Assembly (NCBI GenBank): GCA_035529155.1
Contig: DATKXF010000043.1
Coordinates: 1-43,732 of the forward strand
From: Methanomassiliicoccales archaeon
GTDB taxonomy: Archaea; Thermoplasmatota; Thermoplasmata; Methanomassiliicoccales; JAAEEP01
Direction: 5' to 3'
DNA length: 43,732 bases
Shown piece after piece: positions 26,046-34,443 of the stretch. The notes under the pieces are model-generated. The model had not been told where the DNA came from and did not search any database. It was given only the letters and a program-made list of their open reading frames with translations. The translations under genes were made by a program, and so were the position numbers. The number at the start of each line of letters is the position of its first letter. The stretch's first letter is position 1.

Positions 26046-26686
26046 CCGTCGATGCCATAATCACATCGGGAGGAAGGGGCACCCGAATAAAGGAGCTGGG
26101 CATCGAGAAGCCCATGATCAAGGTTCTGGAGAAAAGCATAATCGAGAGGGTGCTTGAGGCTCTCAAGGGGGCAAAAGGGGTCCGTGATATCTTCGTCTCG
26201 GTCAGCGACAACACTCCCTTGACCAAAAGGTTCGTGGATCATCTCGGTTACACTACCATACCCACATCCGGCAATGATTACGTCAAGGACCTAAGGGCTT
26301 CGATGAGGGAGCCATCATCCAGGGCCGTTCTGGTATGTCCTGCAGACCTTCCGCTGCTCACAAGCAGTTCAGTGGATAGTCTTGTATCGGAATACAAGAA
26401 GGCTGGATTTCAATCCTTGGCCGTTGCGGTTCCATCTCAATGCATCCTGTCAATTGGTCTGGAGGCGACCTTCGAGATGGAGGTCAATGGTAGTCCCGTC
26501 GTCATGTGCGGGGTCTCGGTCGTAGACAGGAAGGCAATGCTCTCAGGGAAGTATCTGAAAGAGGGATATTTCATCTCCCAGAAGATGGATTTTGCCCTCA
26601 ACGTGAATTCGGTCCAGGAGCTCAAGCTGGCCGAGCGAATCCTCGAGAAGAGGTTTCACTTTTCTAGATCAAGTATGCGAGCGTAG
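26042..26686 (+). CDS. cobY: Adenosylcobinamide-phosphate guanylyltransferase, archaeal CobY type (start codon unresolved)
   Basis: The frame is open from 25949. 'VDAIITSGGRGTRI..LGIEKPMIKV' is the nucleotidyltransferase GGxGxR loop and aligns by eye with the archaeal CobY N-terminus. It lies upstream of the first ATG (26114), with no ATG/GTG/TTG available. 26042 is an ATA. Confidence 0.7.
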   Translation: MAVDAIITSGGRGTRIKELGIEKPMIKVLEKSIIERVLEALKGAKGVRDIFVSVSDNTPLTKRFVDHLGYTTIPTSGNDYVKDLRASMREPSSRAVLVCPADLPLLTSSSVDSLVSEYKKAGFQSLAVAVPSQCILSIGLEATFEMEVNGSPVVMCGVSVVDRKAMLSGKYLKEGYFISQKMDFALNVNSVQELKLAERILEKRFHFSRSSMRA

Positions 26687-27825
26687 TTCTCGTCGATCTT
26701 CTCCAGGAGAGATCTGCATGTAATGGTTCCATTGGAGCCGAGGATTGCTGCCACCGATACCCCTCCGGCACCGGCACCCTCCTTCACCAAACCGGTCTCG
26801 TATATCCTGAGCCCATCGTACTTGGATTCGGAGAAATCAAGGTTCACGGCCAAAATCGGAACTTCTGCGGATTGGGCGACTAGCGAGATCATGTCCGACT
26901 GCTTGTCCTCGATGATCCAGCGGGTTGTCCCCAGGGCAATGTTCTTCAGCACCTCGGGTTTCATTCCCTTGATGACAGCGAGAACGGCCGCCATTTGGGT
27001 GCCTCCCGCCATGATGACCGGAACGCTCAAAGCCGCTCCCGCCACCAATCCTGCGGCGGCAGGCATCATTGGGTCGCCGACCACAGCCACAGCATCCAGG
27101 ACCCCTCGAATCTGTTTCCCATCCGCTTTAGCGGCGGTCAATCCCTCCCGTACCACATTGATCTTGAGATCGTGAGGGTTCTGAGGGAAGCTGCTACTCT
27201 CCTTTCCCTCTGCATCGTATCCGAGGGCCAGAAGTACTCCGAGAGCGGTGGTCGTCCCGCCAGGGGTGCTCTCTCCCACCACGAGGTAATCAACGGTCTT
27301 TGCCAAGTTCTTGCCAAGAAGGAAGGACTCCTCGAACACCTCCTTGGGATTCTCGACGGCTTTACCAGTCCGGATATCCCCCCCGGGTGTTCCTCCGACC
27401 TCGAAGTAGGGGGTGAATGGAAGTACCCTGCATCCTCCGTTGACAACGAAGATGGGCATTTCTGCCAGCTCCAGCGCGGACATGGTTATGATTGCAGGGG
27501 TGGGAATGCCATCCGGAGTGACCGGTACTCCGTCAATGACCTTGCACTTGCCGTAGTGCAGGAGCTCCATATCCGCAGCGGGGGTGTAATCCGTGAACTC
27601 TGGATTGGCACCTGCTGCTGAGATTCCTGGTATCTTAGCGGTCTCGGTGTTCCCGATGACACAAACAAAGGCGGGCTTCTTTCCCTGCACTTTCTTCACA
27701 AACTCTTCCGCCTTGCTCTGGTTTCCGCATATGATGATGTCCTTGGGGGCGCACATTTCAACATCTCCATAGAAAACCGTCTTGAAGCTCAAAGACAATT
27801 TTACAGTCTCATCCCGAGAGTACAT
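26656..27825 (-). CDS. cobT: Archaeal-type nicotinate-nucleotide--dimethylbenzimidazole phosphoribosyltransferase (UPF0284 family)
   Basis: 'FVCVIGNTETAKIPGISAAGANPEFTDYTPAADMELL' and 'VVGESTPGGTTTA' are typical of archaeal CobT. An alternative start is the ATG at 27756. Confidence 0.8.
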   Translation of the reverse strand: MYSRDETVKLSLSFKTVFYGDVEMCAPKDIIICGNQSKAEEFVKKVQGKKPAFVCVIGNTETAKIPGISAAGANPEFTDYTPAADMELLHYGKCKVIDGVPVTPDGIPTPAIITMSALELAEMPIFVVNGGCRVLPFTPYFEVGGTPGGDIRTGKAVENPKEVFEESFLLGKNLAKTVDYLVVGESTPGGTTTALGVLLALGYDAEGKESSSFPQNPHDLKINVVREGLTAAKADGKQIRGVLDAVAVVGDPMMPAAAGLVAGAALSVPVIMAGGTQMAAVLAVIKGMKPEVLKNIALGTTRWIIEDKQSDMISLVAQSAEVPILAVNLDFSESKYDGLRIYETGLVKEGAGAGGVSVAAILGSNGTITCRSLLEKIDENYARILDLEK

Positions 27826-27999
27826 ATTAAATTATCGTTGACATCGGTCCCTATCGCCGAAATAGCTCCACTCACATGCCGATTTATGACGATTCCAAGG
27901 CGGAAATGATCGAACAAGGTTGCCAATTCTGGGTTGAGGGAAACCATTGTCTCCAATCGTCGGATGGATAGAAATGCGTCGATCATACCGCGGCTTTTC

Positions 28000-29049
28000 C
28001 TACCATCCCATCAAAATATTGAGGAGTTCCTGTAGTGGAACATATCCCTGGCTTGTCTCCTGGAAGCTCCTTCCCGAAGATTCTCCCGAGAGGTCCTTGG
28101 ACACGGCGAAGGGGACGGGATTCTCATCATGCTCTCCGGTGAGCGAAGAGGCGCCATGGTCGACGATCAGCGAAAGCCTGACGTCCTTTTTGCCCTGGAA
28201 GTACTTCTTTAGCAGGATATCTACCTCTTCCAGGAACTCTAGCTTCTTCTGGGGTTCCCTCTTGTGGCTCATGTCGTCTATCTCCTCGATGTGAAGGAGG
28301 ACATCGGATTCGTTGACAACATTTGAGGCTTTCTCGATCCGCTCCTCAAGGTCGTCGATCCACATCTTTTTCATCCCCAGAAACGCTCCCACGCCAAGGG
28401 CTGAAGGGCTGTTGGAAAGAAAGGAAATGCCTCTGAGCTTCTTCCTGACATCCTTGTATTTCTCCACCAGGTCCCCTCTTCCCCCTTGCCAGGGTAAAAT
28501 TACCCATCCTCCGGTCTCGTCCCTTACGGCCTCAACCAGCTCTCGTAGAGGTCCAAGCCTTTCCAAATCGAACTCTGAATTCACGGGTGGTGATGGTAGG
28601 TCCAGCACATCATCGCTTTCGATGGTCATGACTCCCTTTCCCTCGCCGTAGTACCGTATCTCAGGCTTTAGATCGTCTATGAGCGGCAGATTTTTCTCGA
28701 AAGAGGCCCGGAGAACCTTGACCTCCTCCTCTGAGATGATGTAACCCCATTCCATCCAGCTGTCCACTAGAGTGGCTGGGCTGAGCCTATAGCCAATGCG
28801 TCCAGGAGGAACCTCAAGATTGAAACCAAGGGTCTCGATTAACCCCCTTGGAATATCCTCTTTCCGCTTGCTTAGAAGTTCCAGGAGGAAAAGATGCGTG
28901 TATCCGCAGGCATCAGTGCAGCCGAACCTCCCTGCGGTGGTGATGCTGTCAATGAAGGGCATCTCCGCGGCTTGCAACGGAGTCAGATTTCCCAAACTGG
29001 GTATCCTATCGTCGGTGGCCCCATCCAGCAGTATGATAATGCTATGCAT
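28000..29049 (-). CDS. ApgM-like metalloenzyme (cofactor-independent phosphoglycerate mutase / alkaline-phosphatase superfamily), short divergent form
   Basis: N-terminal 'IIILLDGATDDRIPSLGNLTPLQAAEMPFIDS' and C-terminal 'LIVDHGASSLTGEHDENPVPF' resemble the ApgM metal-binding segments. At 349 aa it is shorter than the ~400 aa I recall for ApgM. Confidence 0.65.
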   Translation of the reverse strand: MHSIIILLDGATDDRIPSLGNLTPLQAAEMPFIDSITTAGRFGCTDACGYTHLFLLELLSKRKEDIPRGLIETLGFNLEVPPGRIGYRLSPATLVDSWMEWGYIISEEEVKVLRASFEKNLPLIDDLKPEIRYYGEGKGVMTIESDDVLDLPSPPVNSEFDLERLGPLRELVEAVRDETGGWVILPWQGGRGDLVEKYKDVRKKLRGISFLSNSPSALGVGAFLGMKKMWIDDLEERIEKASNVVNESDVLLHIEEIDDMSHKREPQKKLEFLEEVDILLKKYFQGKKDVRLSLIVDHGASSLTGEHDENPVPFAVSKDLSGESSGRSFQETSQGYVPLQELLNILMGW

Positions 29050-29219
29050 CTAAACCGGCTTCGAGATTGAATGTCTTGATATTCAATACTTGCCATCACT
29101 CCACAGTAAAGGTGAACGGTTCTAGAGCGCTATAGCCTCAAATTTCTGATAATTTCTTCGAATATCCGGAAGAAAGTCAATGCCATTGGTGAAATGTCTT
29201 AAGAATGACAGTCTGAACC

Positions 29220-31403
29220 CTAAATCCGGGACAGTGCTATGGCCGCCTGGCCCGTGGATATTCCACCATCACCGTTGGGAACATTGTCGTGACCGATGTA
29301 GTTCATACCCCTTCTCCGCACCTCGTCCCTCACGATCCTGGATATCGTCCCGTTATAGGCTACGCCGCCGGTGAGGCCGATGTTCTTCGTACCTGATGAT
29401 TCCGCAGCCTCAAAGGCGATCTCCAGCATGCCCTTGAGAAGGTCGTGGACGAAGCTGACCGCAAGGTCCTCCCTTCGTCCTTTCATCTCGAACAGCTGAC
29501 CGAACATGGGAACGGTTCTGATCACCCCGTTCGAGATCTCCACCTCGAATTCGTGACTCTTCTTCCCCTTCTCAAGAAGAGCTTCCAGCTTCATGGCAGG
29601 CTCACCATCGTAGGAGCGGTATCTGCAGATGTCTAGGTAACATGATAGCGTGTCGAGAACCCTTCCAAAACTGCTCGTCAGGAGGCTGCTCGACATCATC
29701 TTCCTGAAGATAGCCGCCTCTTCCTCTTTGAAGAGGTCGCTGTCTCGCCCGTTCAATTCGCTGAAGGCGAAGACGAGTCTGCCAACGTCGCGAACCGCTT
29801 TCTCCCCTCCAAGGAGCGGGACCTCCTCCAGATGTCCCACCCTTTCCAATTCCTGGAATGTGGTGTGGAGAACCTCGCCCCCCCATGCCCTGCCGTCCTC
29901 GCCGTAACCGGTTCCATCCAATGTCAGCGCTATCAACTCATCTTCGGCCGCGTCGATCATGAGTGACGAGGCATGTGCCCAGTGGTGCTGGACCTCGATG
30001 ACCTCCGCTTCGTACTCCTCTCCCAGCGTCTTTCCCATTCTGCGGTTCGAATAGCCGGGATGAAGGTCCATGGCCACTACATCCAGCGAATCCAATCCCA
30101 GCAATCTGATCTGATACCTCACCGCCTGCTCCAGGAACTCTATCACTCCGATGGAGTCTCCCTCGCCCACATACTGGGTGGGGTAGATGCTTCCATCCAT
30201 CGCTATGGCTGCGGTCAGGTTCTCCTGGGCCCCGATTCCAATGGCCCTGCCCTTGAACGGGGACTCGATGCTCGACGGTATATGTCCCCTGGATTTTCGG
30301 ATAAAGTGCGTGTCCTCGTCGAAAGACCTCACCACGGAGTCGTCACAGCGGTTCACTATCCTTCGGTTGTGGAGCAGGTATGAATCTGCTCCGAGTGAAA
30401 GCACGTCCCGATCATCCAGTATCATAGGCTCTCCGGGGACGTTCGCCGAGGTCATCACAACCGCATCGGCGTCCAGGCGATGGAACAATATCTCGTGCAT
30501 CGCGGTGTAGGGGAGGAAAACCCCCACGTTGCTCAGTCCGGGTGAAGCCCAATCCATCCCCTTGGAGTGATTCTTGGCGATAAGGGTAACCGGCCTGTGG
30601 GTCGAGGTCAGAAGCTCGACCTCGTGGTCGGTTGGAAACCCGTATGCCTCAAGGGCCTTCAAGTCCCTTACCATGATGGCAAAGGGCTTATGTTTCCTCC
30701 CGTACCATTCCCTCAATCTTGGGATGGTCTCCATCGTGGAGCAGATGTGCATCCCGCCCCATGATTTGGCCACCCCTATCTCCCCCTCGTCGATACGGGC
30801 GGCAAATTCGGCGATCGGATCTCCATTTGTTACATTACCTTCTCTGTCCAGGAGCTGATATGCAGGACCGCACTGGGGGCAGGAGATCGTCTGGTGATGG
30901 AACCTCCTGTCATCGGGATCAGAGTACTCATCCCTGCAGGTCTCGCACATATGGAATTCCCGCATCGAGGTCTTGCCCCTGTCATAGGGAAGGTCTTCAA
31001 TGACAGTGAAGCGGGCACCGCAGTCGGTGCAGTTGGTGAATGGATAGAGATGCCGCCTGTCGTGCGGGTCGAAAAGCTCCTTTCTGCATGAATCACATAT
31101 GGCGACATCGTTGGGGATACCGATGCCTTTCTGCCCTTCCTTGCTGGGAACGATGATGAATCCCTCTATACCGTCGAGGGCTCCATCATCGCTTTCCTGA
31201 CGTTCTATCCGGTCTATTCGTGCCAAAGGTGGGAGTTTCGCTCTCAGTTCTCTCAGGAACATGTCCCCATCGCCATCGATTTCCACCACCACGTTGGAGC
31301 CGTTGTTCTGGACGTATCCCCTGAGGTCCAGAGACCTCGCGATCCTGTGGACCGTCGGTCTGAATCCGACCCCTTGGACAATTCCATGGATCACGAGTCT
31401 CAT
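29220..31403 (-). CDS. hypF: [NiFe]-hydrogenase maturation carbamoyltransferase HypF
   Basis: Acylphosphatase 'VHGIVQGVGFRP', two CxxC zinc-finger pairs (CDSC...CTDCG, CETC...CPQCG), and YrdC-like and Kae1-like C-terminal domains. I prefer the ATG at 31403. Confidence 0.95.
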   Translation of the reverse strand: MRLVIHGIVQGVGFRPTVHRIARSLDLRGYVQNNGSNVVVEIDGDGDMFLRELRAKLPPLARIDRIERQESDDGALDGIEGFIIVPSKEGQKGIGIPNDVAICDSCRKELFDPHDRRHLYPFTNCTDCGARFTVIEDLPYDRGKTSMREFHMCETCRDEYSDPDDRRFHHQTISCPQCGPAYQLLDREGNVTNGDPIAEFAARIDEGEIGVAKSWGGMHICSTMETIPRLREWYGRKHKPFAIMVRDLKALEAYGFPTDHEVELLTSTHRPVTLIAKNHSKGMDWASPGLSNVGVFLPYTAMHEILFHRLDADAVVMTSANVPGEPMILDDRDVLSLGADSYLLHNRRIVNRCDDSVVRSFDEDTHFIRKSRGHIPSSIESPFKGRAIGIGAQENLTAAIAMDGSIYPTQYVGEGDSIGVIEFLEQAVRYQIRLLGLDSLDVVAMDLHPGYSNRRMGKTLGEEYEAEVIEVQHHWAHASSLMIDAAEDELIALTLDGTGYGEDGRAWGGEVLHTTFQELERVGHLEEVPLLGGEKAVRDVGRLVFAFSELNGRDSDLFKEEEAAIFRKMMSSSLLTSSFGRVLDTLSCYLDICRYRSYDGEPAMKLEALLEKGKKSHEFEVEISNGVIRTVPMFGQLFEMKGRREDLAVSFVHDLLKGMLEIAFEAAESSGTKNIGLTGGVAYNGTISRIVRDEVRRRGMNYIGHDNVPNGDGGISTGQAAIALSRI

Positions 31404-31509
31404 CGGGGCATTTGACCAGATGATAGATATAAAAATCTTCTGTCTCGACCCGGACCTGCACAAGGTTTAAGGAAATCCTCATTGATACGCCCGAAGGAGC
31501 TGGATTCCG

Positions 31510-31893
31510 ATGAGCGAGGTCAGAGACGGTCTTCTTTACAGCGAGGAACACGAGTGGATAAAGGTGGAAGGGGATAGCGGAAAGGTGGGAATCACCGACC
31601 ACGCCCAGAAGGAGATGAACGATATTCTGTACGCCGAGGTTCCCATGGTGGGAAAGAAGGTCAAGAAGGGGGAGACAATCGGGGCGATCGAGAGCGTTAA
31701 GACCGTGGCCGATGTGTACTCTCCAGTCTCGGGGGAGATCGTTGAGATCAACTCCGAGCTTGAGGACTCACCTCAATTCATAAACGAGAGCCCTTACGAG
31801 AAGGGTTGGTTCGTTGTCATCAGGTTAGAGGACGAGGACGAGCTCGAAGAACTGATGGATACCGAGGATTACGCCGATTTCATCGGGGAGTGA
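31510..31893 (+). CDS. gcvH: Glycine cleavage system H protein (lipoyl carrier)
   Basis: 'YSEEHEWIKVEG...GITDHAQ' and the lipoyl-lysine motif 'ESVKTVADVYSPVSGEI'. Confidence 0.9.
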   Translation: MSEVRDGLLYSEEHEWIKVEGDSGKVGITDHAQKEMNDILYAEVPMVGKKVKKGETIGAIESVKTVADVYSPVSGEIVEINSELEDSPQFINESPYEKGWFVVIRLEDEDELEELMDTEDYADFIGE

Positions 31894-31894
31894 A

Positions 31895-32680
31895 TCAGGC
31901 ACCGGCCAGGTCCAAGGTGTGCGGGCAGTCGCAAATCTCTCTCTTGTCAGGTATCCTGGGCAAAGCCCTCTTAAGGAGTTCCCGGATCTTGTCGAGGTTT
32001 TCAGCCATGGTCGAGAGCACTGTGGCAGTGTCCACCGGATGATCTGCCCATGTATCATAATCGGTGATCATTGCTAGGCTCACGTAGCACATCTCTAGTT
32101 CCCTGGCGAGCTGACATTCCGGCACCAGGGTCATTCCGATGATGTCAGCGTAATTCTTGAACATTCTGCTCTCTGCCTTGGTGGAGAATCTGGGACCTTC
32201 GATGCAGATGTATGTCCCAGTTGAATGGTACTGCACGCCCATGGACTCCGCCTCTCGTATGAATATCTCCCTGAGCTCGGGACAGAAGGGGTCCGCCATT
32301 CCAACGTGAATTGTCTTGGGACCGTCGTAGAAGGTATAATTCCTATTCTTGGTGAAATCTATGAATTGATCCACGATGACCAGATCACCTGGCCTGAAGT
32401 CCTCTCTCTCGGAACCTACAGCACAAGGTGATATGACCCTGTCAACACCCAGTTCCTTGAGGGCCCATAGGTTTGCCCTTGAATTCACCATGTGGGGGGG
32501 AATCCTGTGACCCTTCCCATGTCTGGGAATGAAGGCAGCACCCACTCCTTCCAGTTCTCCCAGTATGATGTCATCCGAGGTGTTGCCATATGGCGTGGAC
32601 ATCTTTATCTCCTCCTTCACCTCGAATACCTCGGGATCGTAGACGCCCGATCCACCTATGATGCCTATCTTGACTTTCAT
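31895..32680 (-). CDS. mtnP: S-methyl-5'-thioadenosine phosphorylase
   Basis: '[11 protein letters not shown]', 'FIPRHG.GHRIPPH', 'N.WALKELGV' and 'IGMTLVPE' are MTAP/PNP-family motifs. Confidence 0.9.
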   Translation of the reverse strand: MKVKIGIIGGSGVYDPEVFEVKEEIKMSTPYGNTSDDIILGELEGVGAAFIPRHGKGHRIPPHMVNSRANLWALKELGVDRVISPCAVGSEREDFRPGDLVIVDQFIDFTKNRNYTFYDGPKTIHVGMADPFCPELREIFIREAESMGVQYHSTGTYICIEGPRFSTKAESRMFKNYADIIGMTLVPECQLARELEMCYVSLAMITDYDTWADHPVDTATVLSTMAENLDKIRELLKRALPRIPDKREICDCPHTLDLAGA

Positions 32681-32809
32681 CTTCTCACTGGCCCTGGTAG
32701 ACCGAGAGGCACTTAAATGCTTGTCGCAATCATTGCCACCTACAATGGAACAGACCTTCCATGAAAGGATTTTTCTAGGCCTAGCTCCACTCTATTTTAA
32801 GGGTTTCGA

Positions 32810-33349
32810 ATGGAAGATCGCTATGAGAAGGTGGATATCGGGTGGTCCGACGCTATAATGATGCTGCCGCCATCACAGGTATTCCTGCTAGCAGTTGGGA
32901 AGGAGAGTCCAAACATCATTTCCATTGGTATGTTCGGGGTGTTCTCCTTCTTTCCCCTCACCGTAGGTATCGGCATTAAAACGGGAAGACATAGCTACAA
33001 ACTTATCGAGGAGACACCGGACTTCACTCTCAATGTCCCAGGCAAGGAGCTCTTGGAAGCAGTGAAGATCTGTGGCGAGAAGTCGGGCAAGGACATGGCC
33101 AAGTTCGATGAGACCGGCTTGACACCGGTTCCCGGGAAGAGGACTAAGTCACCTAAGATAAGAGAGTGCTTGATCAACATCGAGTGCAAGAAGAAGGAGA
33201 AGATGAGGATCGGGGATCACGAGTGGTTCCTGGCCGAGGTTGTTCACGCAGATATCGTGACCAAATACGACAAGAAGGACACCATCCTCTACTGGGGAGG
33301 TGAGTACTGGTCTCTGGGAGAGGTCATCGAGAGCACTGTCAATTACTGA
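32810..33349 (+). CDS. Flavin reductase-like (FMN-binding split-barrel, flavoredoxin-type) protein
   Basis: 'PDFTLNVPGKEL...CGEKSGKDMAKFDETGLT..., ECLINIECK..., GDHEWFLAEVVHA' forms the flavin reductase-like domain pattern. It is a paralogue of 33922-34443. Confidence 0.75.
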   Translation: MEDRYEKVDIGWSDAIMMLPPSQVFLLAVGKESPNIISIGMFGVFSFFPLTVGIGIKTGRHSYKLIEETPDFTLNVPGKELLEAVKICGEKSGKDMAKFDETGLTPVPGKRTKSPKIRECLINIECKKKEKMRIGDHEWFLAEVVHADIVTKYDKKDTILYWGGEYWSLGEVIESTVNY

Positions 33350-33723
33350 TCGCTATTTCCTTTCTCGCTTTGCTTTTTGCGCTCTCTCTCCTTTTTCTTA
33401 GTGCTGTACAGGAGAAGCGGATACGCCGTCACTGAGCCGACAATACCCATGGTCAGAGTTTCTGGAGCGTCGTCCTTGAGATGTCCAACCGGATCTTCCT
33501 TTGGGTCTATTCGATCCACATGAACGGCGTAATAATCATCCATATCGTGCATGTGCAGCCTCCCCTTCCTGTACGAGGCTTTGCTTCCTTCATGGGGTAT
33601 AGCAATAACGGCTTTGGTCCAGCCAATCAAGGGGTCTTTTACTTCACTCTTCTGAATGTGTATTTCCTCCCCTGGTTTGAGGTCCTTGACTCTCTCTTCG
33701 ATGACGCCCATTGCATGCACCAA
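33343..33723 (-). CDS. Hypothetical tail-anchored membrane protein
   Basis: 126-aa ORF with a soluble His/Asp-rich N-domain, one C-terminal hydrophobic helix (LTMGIVGSVTAYPLLLY) and a K/E-rich tail. No family recognised. Confidence 0.5.
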   Translation of the reverse strand: MVHAMGVIEERVKDLKPGEEIHIQKSEVKDPLIGWTKAVIAIPHEGSKASYRKGRLHMHDMDDYYAVHVDRIDPKEDPVGHLKDDAPETLTMGIVGSVTAYPLLLYSTKKKERERKKQSEKGNSDQ

Positions 33724-33921
33724 ACAATTGATTATCTAAGCACATATAAGATAAACATATCCATGCGAAATGTCCATTTCTCAATTGATTCATAAGCAAT
33801 CGTGTTCCATTAAATGAAATGTTTTTCGGATCAATTCAGCGAAATGAAAATATTTCGTTCCTTACAGATGTTAGAACAGAAAGGATTTTGAATGATTCAA
33901 TTTATCATCAAGTGGGATTTC

Positions 33922-34443
33922 ATGGAACAGAAGAACGAGGTCAATCCAGTCGAAGGCATAAGGAAATTCCCTTCATTTCCAGTAGTACTAGCAGCCGTCA
34001 GGGGAGAGGAAAACAATGTCATCACCCTTGGCCTTGTGCATGTTTTCTCGTTCCGGCCCACCATCATAGGCGTAGGTATTTCGCCTTCGAGGTACAGCCA
34101 TGAGCTGTTCCACTGCTCACCAGACTTCACGGTCAATTTGCCGACGAAGGATCTGGTGGAGGAGGCGATCTTCTGCGGTGTAAGCTCGGGCAGAAACATG
34201 GATAAGTTCCTGGAGTCCGGGCTGACCGCGCGAGAGGGAATGGGGGTGGCCTCACCCATCATCCTGGAGTGTCCAGTCAATTTCGAGTGCCGCAAGACCA
34301 ACGCCGTGGACATAGGGGACCATACCTGGTTCTTTGGGGAAGTGGTTCACGCCTGGGTAGACGCTGAATACGATAGGGAGAGGCTACTCATGTACTGGGG
34401 CGGCGACTTCAGAATGGTGGGGGACATCATCCGGAGGAGATGA
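33922..34443 (+). CDS. Flavin reductase-like (flavoredoxin-type) protein, second paralogue
   Basis: 'PDFTVNLPTKDL...CGVSSGRNMDKFLESGLT..., ECPVNFECR..., GDHTWFFGEVVHA' is colinear with 32810-33349. I prefer the ATG at 33922. Confidence 0.75.
   Translation: MEQKNEVNPVEGIRKFPSFPVVLAAVRGEENNVITLGLVHVFSFRPTIIGVGISPSRYSHELFHCSPDFTVNLPTKDLVEEAIFCGVSSGRNMDKFLESGLTAREGMGVASPIILECPVNFECRKTNAVDIGDHTWFFGEVVHAWVDAEYDRERLLMYWGGDFRMVGDIIRRR

Noticed and set aside
26043-26060. Pyrrolysine or amber read-through of the cobS TAG as an explanation for the cobS/cobY junction
   Set aside because: Read-through adds only four codons (P-S-M-P) before a TAA and stays in the cobS frame, so it cannot supply the CobY N-terminus. 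TAG is also used as an ordinary stop by several other genes in the window, which argues against amber recoding.
27801-27986. 61-aa minus-strand ORF in the apgM-like/cobT spacer
   Set aside because: It overlaps the cobT start, has no motif, and is short. It more likely represents promoter or 5' UTR sequence.
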